Assembly (NCBI GenBank): GCA_973895155.1
Contig: OZ316894.1
Span: 24,736,709-24,800,708, forward strand
DNA from: Marsupella aquatica
Taxonomy: Eukaryota > Plantae > Marchantiophyta
Reading direction: 5' to 3'
DNA length: 64,000 nucleotides
The first letter of the stretch is position 1, and each line of letters starts with the position of its first letter. The notes below the pieces were generated by a model. The model did no database searches, had not been told where the DNA came from, and saw only the letters and a program-made list of their open reading frames with translations. Below, piece after piece: positions 14,568-26,518 of the stretch. A program made the position numbers and the translations under genes.

Positions 14568-15714
14568 GCCAGGAGGCTTTTTTCCCTTTCTGAGAAAGGA
14601 GGTGCACTGTTGTTTTTCTTTGCCCCCCTCTTTGTTGAGGTACAGGAGCCCTGATAGAATGTAAGGGAAAATGAAAAATGGAGAAAAGAAAACGAGTAAA
14701 AGGATAAAGAGGAGGGGGTCATCATCTCTTTCCTGTCCATCACCGCTCACCTGATGCGCTTCCATGTTTTCAATTGTTGTTCTCACCCCAATTCTTGCCA
14801 AGCTCTTACCCAACCTCATTTCCATCTTCTATTTTTGTGTCAACTTCTCCAACATTAGACAGCAATCATCGATATTATGCAATGAAAACAATTTCGGAAA
14901 GGGGTACGACCCCAACTACATGAGGGCCCACCGCCAGAACCTCACCAAACCAACAAGAGTTCTGCCAAAGGAGTGCTGCAATTACAAGTGATGAAACAAC
15001 AATACTTATATCGTGCCCAAAATGACAACAGAGAGACAACCACAACATGGTTGCAACAATGACAGTTGCTATCGCTAAGTCCTTCCGTTCTCGTGAGTTG
15101 GTGCTTCTTTGAAAAACTCTGTATCAACTTGTGCTACCTTTGTCCTTTCAAGTCACTTTTTGTCAAGAGAGAGCCACAAGTCAAGAAAGAGCCCTTATAT
15201 GTCGATTTCTGTCAAAAGGAGCACACTTCTGGTCGAAAAAAGAACCCCAGGCATCCTCATCAAGCAAATTTACAAATAGATTCTTTTTGGAGTTTTAAAA
15301 AATAAATTACATGAGAACAGTCTGGACTATTGCGGATTGGTCTGTTGTCTATTGTATGTAATTATGTCTTGGAAGCTAAAATTCTCTCGTAAATTCCTCA
15401 ACAAACACAAAATTGTGATTTATGAGGGAACCCTTCTTAACACCAGCACTACTGCCTTCCACAAAAACAATTTTTACAAGTGGCATCACATATTCGTTCC
15501 CCCTTCACTGAAGAGAAAATAGTAGTCATAATTTACAACAAAAAAAGGCCAAACAAAGGGCCACACAAAGAATAACGTAGTAAAAGTATAAGAGGTTGAA
15601 AGTGGACAAACATAACTCAAAGGAATGTGCAATTGCCAACTGCCAAAACCTAGAAAGAGGAAAAGGGAAAAAATGGGAAACGACTTTCGGCTACAATAAG
15701 ACCCAAGGGTCCAC

Positions 15715-15937
15715 TTCTAGTGCAAAAGTGTGATGAGCTAAAGATACACATCTAGTGTCCTAAGTAAGCAAGTCAGACATCATGTCTGGTGTGATGAGTT
15801 AATGGTCCATATCTATAGTATGATGAGCTAATGATCCATATGTAGTGTCCTAAGTCTGCAAGTCGGACATAATGTCTAGTGTGATGAGTTAATGGTACAC
15901 ATCTAGTGTCCTCAGTCTGCAAGTGGGACATAATCTA
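15715..15937. repeat. Minisatellite built from two alternating ~30-bp subunits
   Basis: TAGTGTCCTAAGT.(A/T)GCAAGTC.GACAT alternates with TAGTGTGATGAG(C/T)TAATGGT.CA. Confidence 0.8.
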
Positions 15938-17101
15938 CCACACACTTGTAGACTTTAGTGGACCAAAAGAATCTAACTCACTTGGAGGGAATTTCAAAAA
16001 TTCCATTCTACTCGTCGATAAAAAGGCTGCATTGAAGATTTGGCTTATCCACTGGAGGACGGATTGTAAACGATCGTGCCCTCGTTGCTTTCACGACTAC
16101 ACTCCATGAGAACCCCTGCTAAAAATTGAATTGGCAGTATTCTAAAGCATATCCCTTCTCGTAGCTACTCCACTCACGGTAAACTTTTCTACTAGAGTAG
16201 CTTGTACAAATCTTCTTCATCTTCATACTTGACCCTTTTGAGTTATCATCTAGTTTATAACTTTTCCAGTCTACGCGAAAATAGGTTCGCAGCGCCACTT
16301 GTGTAGCTGAGCTACTAATGTCCATATCAACAGCTTCCCAAACATGTAAGCTCCAGCCCCACAAGTACATGAAAAGCTTAGACAACTAGCCTCCAAGAAA
16401 TGCAAGGAAAAGGTCACATACTCTGCCTTGCAGGTATTCATAAAAAGTTGTGAGGATATGTTGCCCAGGATCTGCACTTACACCCATATTCTGAATAATG
16501 GAGGAAAGATGGCGGGTAAAAATGTTCCTGTCCCTTTTTGATATCCGTTCAAAGTGGAGACTTATGCTTCCTCCAGCAGCATTGCCCACCGAATTTGACC
16601 TGATGAGTAGGCATACCGAATGTGCAGAAAGGTTCCCCCTACTTGGAAGAACAGACCCTCTATTCGGTGACCAAGGTCGTCAATAAATATGAACAATGTC
16701 GTATGCAAATCTGAAGAAACGTCAACGTCAAAGTCCAGGAAGGAAACGAACAACACCAGGTTATTAAGCGAATGCTGATCTCTGACTATGCATTTGTAAC
16801 ACTACAGTTAGTTCAAAAGCCAATAATGAACCTAGGAACAAGTAACAAGCTCAAATTATCGTGCACGTTACTGGCAAAATAGACTGAAACATGACAGAAC
16901 GAATGATTTGTAAGACGGATACGTCCAGAAGAGAACAAACTACTGCAGCCACAGTTCACATAATAACCAACGCCCGCTACTTAGCAGCGTTCAGAAAAGG
17001 CATAAATTTTTAAGATCAAAATTTCTTTTGAACTCTAGTCAAGCGCGTTTCCTAAGCGTATCCTACACTGAACACAATTGCCGTAATCGAAGAATGACCG
17101 G

Positions 17102-17135
17102 ACAAAACAAAACAAAACAAAACAAAACAAAACAA
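17102..17135. repeat. (ACAAA)n microsatellite in an EMC6 intron
   Basis: Read directly from the sequence. Confidence 0.9.
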
Positions 17136-17322
17136 GCTGCTAGATATGAAAGTTTACTCGAACAGGGACCGAAGCCTAAAGAATCGTAACACAAACTAGG
17201 TGACCTGCTTGCAGTATTAGAACCAAACGGAGAAGAAAGATAATGCTCACCATATAACCTTGATAAGTACCATCTATTGTGATTCGTTGCCAAGAATCAA
17301 AGTAGGAAAACACATCGAATTT

Positions 17323-17655
17323 ACTAAATAGGGTTGGTCTCAAAACCATTCAAATAATTCAATTTATCGAAAACTTACAGAAGCTTGCCGAACAAAACCT
17401 GATTACCTCAGTATCATTTTTTTCCCAATAAAACAAGGTTTACCTAAAGAAGAACAATTACTAGAAGCACTTCCCATATATTTAGTCTCTATCAATTTAG
17501 AAGATGGTTTCTTATTTAGGCCACGAGGTTGGACTCTCTATGTCAGATAGCTCACCATAACCTGTTTGGAACTAGCACCCAAACAATTGAAAAACGACTA
17601 AGCTAAAAACATAGGCATGTGCTACAGGAACTTACCCGGCGCCTACCTTTGGTTC
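17323..17655. mobile_element. 333-bp insertion in EMC6 exon 2 flanked by a 5-bp direct repeat
   Basis: AATTT at 17318-17322 and 17656-17660. Removing the insert and one copy restores AAG ACC AAA TTC GAT GTG (KTKFDV) on the minus strand. Confidence 0.65.
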
Positions 17656-18634
17656 AATTTGGTCTTAACAGCAAAGATCCAGACACCAGGACAGTGATGA
17701 GGAAGTAGAAGAAAAAGCCATACAAAGCAATGAGGCCAAGTACTCCAGCAACGATCCCTCCGACAATCGACAGGAATGTGCTAATGCAACCGCCATAACT
17801 GCGAGAAACCTTCGTGGATCCCATACCTTTTACTTGAATGAGCTACAGCAAATTCTGTCATTTAACACTTTATTTATTTTTATCACCTTAGCAATATCAG
17901 GCAGGGGAGTATGAAGTTCATTCATTCCATCTAAATTCATTCCCTTACGCGATAATGAAGCTTTAGTTTCTAGGTCACCGTTGGCGTCTGGAATCTGGGC
18001 TTCAAAAGCCACTATTGCAATCGTTAGCGCTAAAAGATACATAAAGCAGAACAGGCAGTGGCTGAATACAACTTCATCAAACTCAGCAGCAAAGCACAGC
18101 CAAGAGTTTCCTTGATGCTCGTGCAGTCTCCGAACCGTTTCCTCACAGAACTGAATTATTGACGATCACTCCTCATCAAGACTCCAGTGATGTCAGGAAA
18201 GCTGAACGACTGTTGCGACTCTAAGGAAAGCCCTGAAATAATTCCCACTTCTGTCGAGCAGAACTCCGGATAATGGCAAGCAAATCACACAATCACACTC
18301 TCACAAAATCAGCTCCATAGGTCAAGGCCCGGTGTCTTTACCCGAACCCTAACACTCTACTGAAAGTCTCGGCTGAAATCCGAGATTTGCATACGAATAC
18401 TGTATCACAAGAACCGCCATTCATATATCACGAGCATTAGCACTACGCAATTGCCATCATCCAATGCTTTAAACAAAAATTCGCAGCCAACGAATAGACC
18501 AGTGATAAACAACCCGCATGTTGTGTTGGACGTTCTGCTGGCTGTAAGCCGGCATTTCCGAGGCATCGTCACTCTTCTTCTCTTCCTTGGCGACTCCTGT
18601 GGACCTCGAGGTCGTCGAGGGTGCCATCGCTAGT

Positions 18635-18738
18635 GCTGCTGCTCTGCTCTGCTCTGCTTTGCTTTGATGTGCTCTCTGCTCTGCTTTGCTTCGATGTGCT
18701 CTCTGCTTTGCTTCGATGTGCTCTCTGCTCTGCTCCGC
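18635..18738. repeat. CTCTG/CTTTG compound microsatellite in the EMC6 5' leader
   Basis: Repeated GCTCTCTGCT(CT)GCTTTGCTTCGATGT units. Confidence 0.85.
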
Positions 18739-18770
18739 TTGGATTTCGAAATCTCTAGGACAGTTGATGG

Positions 18771-18921
18771 GAGAGAGAAACTTGAAGGACCCCTAAATTG
18801 AAAAGTGTTATTTGATGGACACCATGAATTCCATTAGATTTGGGGTACTTTGATTTAAGGTCTATCAGATGATCCATAAGTAACACTTTTCATTTTGGTG
18901 GTCTGCTCACTATATCTCTCT
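18771..18921. mobile_element. MITE-like foldback element
   Basis: Inverted arms AAATTGAAAAGTGTTATTTGATGGA / TCCATAAGTAACACTTTTCATTTT, extending to GAGAGA..TCTCTC. A related copy is at 6139-6262. Confidence 0.65.
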
Positions 18922-19590
18922 AGTGGCCCTGAGAGGCTATACATGAACTAGTTTTCAATGATGATTTCTGTGGGTTTGCTGGCCCCAACTTGGGTTTCCA
19001 AACGTCTAGGATGACATATGGCCCTCAGGGGATTATGAGGACAGTTCTAGGGGGTGAGTTTGCCCACTTGGATTTAGAATTGAAATGTGATAACCAGGGA
19101 TTATGGGGTGTAAATCCCTGAGGGTGGTTCTGGGGGTGAACTAGTCCCACCATGATTTCAAAGCATGCTGGATAACCAATGGTCCTGAGGAGGTTATTGG
19201 CTGTAATCTCCAAGGGCAGTTAGCCTCTCACTGGGGTTACAGCCAATAGGCCCCGAAGAGCCAAGGGCTATCAGGCACCATGCTCATTTCCTTTGGTGGG
19301 TTTTGAAAGGAAGAAAATGGCATAAACATATTTTGTATGGAGTGTGCCACTAATTTTAATGTGTGGAGGTGGAGTTGGGTGCAAGTTTAAAATGGGATGG
19401 AAACAAGGTCATCTAGGCATATAAAAAATGCCTAGGCCAAATCCTGGCCACCAGTATAGATGAAGAAAAAAAACCTACCAGGACAAACGAAAGGCAAAGT
19501 ATTCATCAAAGATCAAGTGAAGGTGACAACCTCACAAGGTGGATGAGGATTTGTAAAGCAGCTCTTGACATGGCCTTGGGGGCTTGGATC

Positions 19591-19718
19591 TTAAATTGCC
19601 ACTGTCTCCTAGCAAAAACCTGGTGGATTTAGGCTACCAAAATCAGTAATAATGCTCTTACGGAAGTAAAAAAATCACATTTTGTCCTCCCCAAACCTGG
19701 TGGGCAGTGGCAATTTAA
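19591..19718. mobile_element. Small MITE-like element with a 14-bp perfect inverted repeat
   Basis: TTAAATTGCCACTG (19591) ... CAGTGGCAATTTAA (19718). Confidence 0.5.
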
Positions 19719-20732
19719 AGGGCACTAGTTTAAAGTGAAGAAGCCAATGATGTTGTAGCTGATGTGGGTATGTCATTGGGTGGCAGTTTAAAACATAAAA
19801 GCCCAAAACACCATACCGGTGGGTGGTTCAGAACAAAAACCTTTGCTGAAACCAAATCTAAACACTATGCAATCCTTCTCTATCTTTTTCATAGTCTGGC
19901 CAAAATTTCACCCTGGCCATTTAATTATGATAACATTTTTCCTAACAATGAGATGGCCTAAAGCTGCAATTGTGCACCATGTCCGTGGACTGTGTTTTTT
20001 CTTTAGGAGAATAAAACATAGAGGCTTAGGCCTTTATTCCATCGTTCCATAACATGCTCCCACACACCCTTCCTGCCTGGGCCCCGCATTGCCACTTGAG
20101 GCTAGAGACAAAGTGACTTCCAAGAAAATGGTCCACTTCTAGATATTCACATAGAATGTACTCTAGCTACAATGGACTATTTCATTGTGGCTACTATGTT
20201 GACATCTACAAGCCATATAACATAGAGTATGTCCTTATGTTAACATTTCCACCATTTGAATAAAATTTAGGGTTTTCCCCCACTTGAACCATTTTCCCAT
20301 CAAGTTTTGCCTCTTGATGGAAAAATTTCTCAAGTGGGGTTTCACTTTGTCTTTCAATACACTATTCTTATTACTTTTATCAAATCTATTTTGTCTCAAG
20401 CACTGTTTGGTCCTCATCTCTATTGACATTCAAAGAATGGGGAGTCGGAGCTAGTGCCAATATACATCAGGCAATGTGAGTGAATGGGCCCACTGACCAT
20501 TCACTCTCCACTAGAAGTTGGGGGTCACCCTGAAGTAACAAACTGCTCAGATCTTTCTTGCAGTTTTAGGATATTTCTTATGTTTTCTATTCTTTGCAGG
20601 AAAAACACCCTAAACTGCACCCAAATATTTTCCTGTTTTGTGAGAAGAAATCACTCTTTGCTCTTGGGCCTTGTTGAGCTCTTTGGTTTTCTGAGAATCC
20701 TCCCTCCTCCCAGTCCCCCCCCCCCCCCCCTT

Positions 20733-21437
20733 CTTTGCTTCCTATGCTAATTTTGGAATAGCATGAAAACCAAAAATAATTATCTTATGGTGAGAGACCC
20801 CACCCGAGTGAAAATCATTCAGTGTCCTAGACGGATTCCTTAGACCCATCCGAGTAGGGAGAGATAAGTAAATAGTCTAGTGACAAACATTGAGAGACCC
20901 AGACGGCTGCTATAGACCAACCGAGTAGCAATAGCAAGACCCAGGATAATTATTTGTATGGGACCTCTTTGCTTCCTATGCTAATTTTGGATTAGCATGC
21001 AACCCAGAAATAATTATCTCATGGAGAGAGGCCCCACCCGAGTGAAAATCATTCAGTGTCGCAGACGGATTCCATAGACCCATCCGAGTAGGGAGAGATA
21101 AGTAGATAATCGAGTGACAAATATTGAGAGACCCAGATGGATACTATACACCAACCGAGTAGCAATAGCGAGACCCAGAGATAATTATTTGTATGGGACC
21201 TCTTTGCTTCCTATGCTAAATTTGGATTAGCATGCAAACCCATAATAATTATCTCATGGAGAGTGACCCCACCCGAGTGAAAATCATTCAGTGTCCGAGA
21301 CGGATTCTATAGACCCATCCGAGTAGGGAGAGATAAGTAGATAATCGAGTAACAAATATTGACAGACCCAAACGGATGCTGTAGACCAACCGAGGAGCAC
21401 TAGAGAGACCCAGAGATAATTATTTGTATGGGACCCA
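20733..21437. repeat. Three tandem ~235-bp units, followed by degenerate ACCAACCGAGT subrepeats to ~21830
   Basis: CTTTGCTTCCTATGCTAA starts at 20733, 20967 and 21202. The units are highly similar. Confidence 0.92.
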
Positions 21438-22025
21438 GACTAATGCCAGAGCTAGAGATATATATATATATATAGAGAGAGAATCATTCCGAGTCCAATA
21501 AGGATTCTACTATTATAGAGACCCAACCAAGTGGCAAATATTCAGAGACCTAGACGGAAGCCGTAGACCAACCGAGTAGCTTTAGAGAGAGCCAGAGACA
21601 CCAACCCAGTGCAAGGGGGAAAATAGAGACGACACGACCTGCAAGAGAGAGAGAGAGAGACCAACCGAGTGAAAACCATTCATAGACGAGACAGATGCCA
21701 TAGTCCAACCGAGTAGGGACACCCCAACCGAGTAGGGGGGACCCAAACCGAGTGAAAAAGGTTCAGAGACGCGCAGTCGGATGCCATAATGATTCCAACC
21801 GAGTAGAGAGCGAGAGACACCAACTGAGTGAAGGGGGGAGATAGAGACGACACGACCACCGCCAGTAGAGTGTCTGAACAAAGACAAAGACAGAGGAAGA
21901 GAGCGAGCGAGCGAGAGAGAGAGAGCCACAACATACACAGAGAGAGGCACCAAAGGAGAGGAATAGTGGTTCTCATGTCACTACCTTAGCAGCCCCTTCT
22001 TCGCCTTGTTCAGTGCTGCTTCCTC

Positions 22026-22075
22026 TGCTGTTCTGTTCTGTTCTGTGCTGTTCTGTTCTGTTCTGTTCTGTTCTG
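22026..22075. repeat. (TTCTG)n microsatellite
   Basis: Read directly from the sequence. Confidence 0.9.
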
Positions 22076-23218
22076 GGTTAGGCGTAGTTGGCCTTTGTGT
22101 GGGGCTGTTGTGGGGCTGCTGTTGCTGGGGCTGGGACTGAGGCTTTTTTTCGTCGGAGTGTGCAGTGCTTTTGCTGCTCTGCTTCATTGCTTCCTTTGCT
22201 TCCTTGCTTGCCATCGCAGTTTACTGCTAGGGCTAAGGAAATTGTTGTTGATGCTGGTTTTGTTGTTGTTCTCGACGTCATAGCTGCCACTGCTGCCGCT
22301 GGCGGAAAAAGAAGAAGAACACAGAGAGAGAGAAGAAAGAAGGAAGAAGGAGGAGGGGTGTGGGAATGAATGGATGGAGAAAGCATAGAAGACGGACAGA
22401 GGACGCAGCCGAGAAGACGAATACGAAGCGAGGACATCAGCAGCAGCACGCGATATGTGTGCTATTCCTCGCTTGGTGGTGCACTTAGGACTGCGACTGA
22501 GGCGCGTTGTTCTTGTTGTTGTGTGGGGCTGCTGAGGCGCCGAATACAACGACGACCACGATTTGCATTTGCCGGGCTTCCTTCGTTGGGAGGAGGACGG
22601 AGGACGAAGGAACAGAAGTTGGAGCGGAGGGGAGGGGAGGGTAGGGTAGGGTAGAGTAGGGGACGGGAGGGGATGGGAATGCGCATCAGCAGCAGGTAGG
22701 CGGTGCCGAATTAGTGGAGACAGTGGTTGATGTGGTGTGAAGCGGGTGGCGATCGAGTGACTCGTGGAGTAGGGGGTTCTCATTTGCGTCCTTCAGCATG
22801 TGGTCTGGGAGAGGAGGAGTGAGTTGAGAGTGCGCATTGGAACGCGAACGCAAAGGATTAAGTTCTTGACAACTTGTTTTAGGGTTTGAGTTCGCGTTGG
22901 GGTGGGTTGAAGTTTAGGCGAGATGAGGTGAGGTGGTCGACTCTGGATTTGCTGTGCGAGGAGGCGGAGGGATGGGACAGGGCGGTGAACGGGGAGAGAG
23001 CAGGGGTGGTTCTCGAAATTTGTGTTTGCTCGGGTGAGCCATTTGGAAGGAGAAGGAAGAAGCGGGTGGGAGGGTTTGATTTGAAATTACATTTCGTGGG
23101 GGCTGATCGATCGCTTGATCGATTAGTCTCGTGTTGCGAAGGCGGAGGACGCCGTTACGGAGAGGTGAACGTAGAGCGGCGAGGTTCGACAGGCAACTGT
23201 CGAGAGAGGCGGGTTTGA

Positions 23219-24553
23219 ATGCTCGAGAGAGCTACATTTATGGCCGTGATAAAGCCAGAGGAGGAGGCCGATTCCCTGGAAGTTCCGGTAGTGGCGAAGA
23301 GCACAATGCCGTCTGGGACTACTTCGTTGCCTTTAATTCAGTCGTCCATCTGGCTGGAGACCTTCGATGGAGTGATTCACGAGGTCGAGCGGGAGGTCAG
23401 CATGCTATGTCCGCTCTTGCATAGAGAAGTTCTGCAGAACAGCCAGGGGATCTCGAAAAGATCAGCCATCGCTCTCCCCAGTCAGGTTGGCCCCAGCATT
23501 CTTAAACTAATTCTTGAATACTGCCGTTTTCATCAAGTTCCCGGTCGCTCCGATAAAGAACGAAAAATGTTCGATGAGAAATTCATCAGACTTGATACGA
23601 GAAGGTTATGCGAGCTTGCGTCAGCTGCAAAGAGTTTGGATATGAATCCGCTAGTAGACCTCGCCTGCCGGGCGCTCGCGAGAATGATCGAGGGAATGAC
23701 ACCTGAAGAGATGAGGGAAACCTTTCATTTGCCCGACGATCTGACAGAGGAGGAAAAACTAGAACCGGTAAAAATCACAACTGATGACCCGCGAATTAGA
23801 TTGCTCAACCAGCTGTATGCGAGGAAGAGGAGAGCGCTTCAGGAAAAGAAGCGGCGGAAGGATGAAGGAGCGTCAGTTGGTCAAGCTAGTTCAACTGAGG
23901 ATGGGCATAAAGACGACCGCTCTGTAGACGATCTTCTGTCGTTCATTGACGGTAGTGGGCAAGATGGGAAGGCGACCAGGAGAACGAAGTCGAAGAAGAA
24001 AAGGAATAGGAAGAAGAAAGAGCAAGCCAAAGACTCCAGCTTGGCAGAAAGTCCCGAAAACAGGACTCAGAGTACACACTCCACGGACCACACCCGGCAG
24101 TCAGCGGACGATTTTAGGGACAGACAGGAAGCTAAAGTTATTGGGGAAACTGAGATTGCCACAGATGGAGGGTTGGGCTATGATTCTGCAGAGCTTGACG
24201 AGGAAGACGATGATGGCTTGGATCCTGAGATGAAAGAGAGGCTTGATAGGGAAGTGGAGGACTTCGCTAGGAGGCTCAATTCCGGTTGGCCTGATCGAAT
24301 ACAAGAGATTCTTGCTTTAGCGTCCTCTAGTCAGGAAAGGGGCCGCACTAGTTTCCCGTTGGTCTCGGTTCGTTCTCCCGACTCGTGTTACGGTGAGTCT
24401 GCCAACTCTAGGCCTGCAGCTCAGAATAATAATATTCGAGAGGTTGCTGTTCAGAATGGGGGTAGCAGTGAGGAAGCGCAGAGGAGGAAACCTTCCACGG
24501 AATCATCGTCACAACTTAAGTTTAGGCTTCCCGAGGCCCTTGCACAAAAATAG
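23219..24553 (+). CDS. ASK21: SKP1-like protein, type II (ASK20/ASK21-like), single coding exon, 444 aa (possible start at 23240, MAVIKPE)
   Basis: Uninterrupted ORF with type-II SKP1 signatures: MAVIKPE, IWLETFDG, ILEYCRFHQVPGRSDKERK.FDEKFIRLDTRRLCELASAA.SL, PEE.RETFHLPDDLTEEEKLEP, DDPRIRLLN.LYARKR, DDRSVDDLLSFI, DPEMKERLDREVEDFARRLNS.W. Confidence 0.93.
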   Translation: MLERATFMAVIKPEEEADSLEVPVVAKSTMPSGTTSLPLIQSSIWLETFDGVIHEVEREVSMLCPLLHREVLQNSQGISKRSAIALPSQVGPSILKLILEYCRFHQVPGRSDKERKMFDEKFIRLDTRRLCELASAAKSLDMNPLVDLACRALARMIEGMTPEEMRETFHLPDDLTEEEKLEPVKITTDDPRIRLLNQLYARKRRALQEKKRRKDEGASVGQASSTEDGHKDDRSVDDLLSFIDGSGQDGKATRRTKSKKKRNRKKKEQAKDSSLAESPENRTQSTHSTDHTRQSADDFRDRQEAKVIGETEIATDGGLGYDSAELDEEDDDGLDPEMKERLDREVEDFARRLNSGWPDRIQEILALASSSQERGRTSFPLVSVRSPDSCYGESANSRPAAQNNNIREVAVQNGGSSEEAQRRKPSTESSSQLKFRLPEALAQK

Positions 24554-26518
24554 AGCTGGCGAAAATTTGCTGCGGGATCCTCCAAACTTTTAGGTATTGA
24601 CAAGTTCTCATCTTACTGGTCCAGTTACAGATTTTGAAATTCTTCAAGCAAGTGTGGAATTCGATTCTGCTCCGACTGTTCCACGTAGAGATATCTAGCA
24701 ACCCTGTAAAATCCAGAAATTTTGGGCAAATCCTAGAGAGACGTTGCGTAATTCACCTCAAGTTCCATACTTGTGAGGGTTTGAGAATGCACACTCCCGC
24801 ATGCTGACACACGTGAAATCTATTTATGTATGTTCTTGAAGCATTGTTACCATTGTTCTAGTGCGGGAAGGACTAAAGCCTTGCCTCAAGGGGCCTGATT
24901 ATCCAAAGTGGTTAAGAAGGTGTTCCCTTTGCATGGCATGGCTGAATCTCTATCATCCAGAGTAACGGCTTGGATTGAGTTCTGTACACTAGACGGAATA
25001 TCCTTTGCCATTTTAATTGATTCTCCATGTATCATCACATATTTCGCCCTGGTTTCAATTTATTAAAAATGTGGCAATTTCTCGAGAGTTGCATTTGACA
25101 AATTGTTTCTTCGCGATACGCATGCCTAGATGTGATTAACGTGAGTTTTAAGGTGAAGTACTTTGATTCCACCTAGGAGTTGACTTCGCAGTATGTGCCA
25201 TGAAACTGACAGTAGAATCAGGCAACCTATCAACTCTCATCATCCGCTTCGGTGAATGCCGGAGTCTACAGCACTATTTGAAGCTTCTTTCGCTTTTACG
25301 TAGTCCGCGCGACGAGTATTGAACTGGCCAAACGATTTTAAACTATGCTCTTTCAACATTCCCAGGAATGAAAAAAATGAAAACAGGGGGATTGCGGGTG
25401 CCATCATGATAGTATCATCTCAGCGATGCAACTAGGACCATTGGGTCGTGTTTTGGCGTTATTGACAACGAATCGTATACGACGTTTTGGGTCTTTATGG
25501 TGTATAATGTGCCACGTCTTTCTGCTGCACGTCCAATTCTATTAGAAGATGTTGTCTCGACGTCCTGCCAAGGCTCTTTGGGATGATACTAGTGGCTTGC
25601 ACAATGTTGGTGTTTTCGTCAGGCTTGCACGACAGGGTCACAGGGATGCGAATAGTACAATAGATTCTTCTGCCTTCGCTATATCCGTCAGTTCCAATTT
25701 TCACCATACGGGTTGTGCATTTTGGTGTTCGACTTTGAGAAATTTCAATAAAAGTATGTTTGATTGTCGAGTTTCAAATTCAATCGTCGGATGTTCCTCA
25801 TCGCTTTTGACTTTTCGTAGTGAGTAATGAAGTGGACCCTGTTCTGAGATGAGTACTTGGAGATGCATCCAAAAACGCTTTAGTGATTCAATTTTAACGA
25901 TTGTATGGAGCATTTTGCTTCCACAGCAGGTGCTCATCTTCCCAGACAGGAAGCAGGTGCTCATATCTATGAATTAGCTCTTAATGTCGAAGTCCTGGTT
26001 ACTTCACCCAATAAGAATTTATTCGTATGAATGGCGGTGGCGATAATGTTCAGGCGTCGACGCAACAAGGAGAGGTTGCAGCAGCCAGATTCTGACTAGC
26101 ACTTGCTGGAGGTCTCTCACCCATATCCCTCAATTTGAGAAACGCTTCTTGGTATCAGCGAAAACCTGCAGTCACGGGACATGAAATCCCATTATCCTCA
26201 TTTGGTCCTGCAACGCATCCAAGGCTGTGGCTTATGTTTTTTTCGCTCATTCAGGGGACTTGGAATTAGCCCTAAATAGAAGACCTCCAATAAAGTTATC
26301 GCCAAAACCTGGGCCAGATTTAGGAGTTATCCATAATATAAAGGAGCCCCAAGATTCTCGTAATATAAAGGAGCCCAAACCTGGCCAGATTCTTGTAATA
26401 TGAAGGAGCCAAAACATGGGTCAGGTTCTGGAATGTGCTTTTTGGTGTGTTTCCTTAAACTCTTCCAAAGTGCCCTAAAACATCTTAATTTAGTTTTGGT
26501 GTGTTGGTGTGTTTACAG

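Larger units (their letters stand above)
16680..18627 (-). pseudogene. EMC6: ER membrane protein complex subunit 6 (EMC6), probably disrupted
   Basis: Exon 1 18627-18500 (MAPSTT...MPAYSQQNVQHNMRVVYH). Exon 2a 17780-17656 (TFLSIVGGIVAGVLGLIALYGFFFYFLIT..). Exon 2b 17322-17251 (KFDVFSYFDSWQRITIDG..). Exon 3 16942-16923 (*FVLFWT). Exon 4 16710-16680 (FAYDIVHIY*). Lesions: frameshift near 17680, 333-bp insertion in exon 2, TAG in place of the Ser of SFVLFW, altered exon-2 acceptor. Confidence 0.85.

Noticed and set aside
15729-15890. Repeated GTGATGA resembling snoRNA C boxes
   Set aside because: No matching CTGA D boxes or terminal stems, and the motif is part of a minisatellite.
21582-22783. 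Several overlapping ORFs of 60-199 aa
   Set aside because: Low-complexity, microsatellite-derived GC-rich sequence with no recognisable protein.
25440-25970. Coding-like fragments downstream of the SKP1-like gene
   Set aside because: No family recognised, multiple stops and no consistent exon structure.
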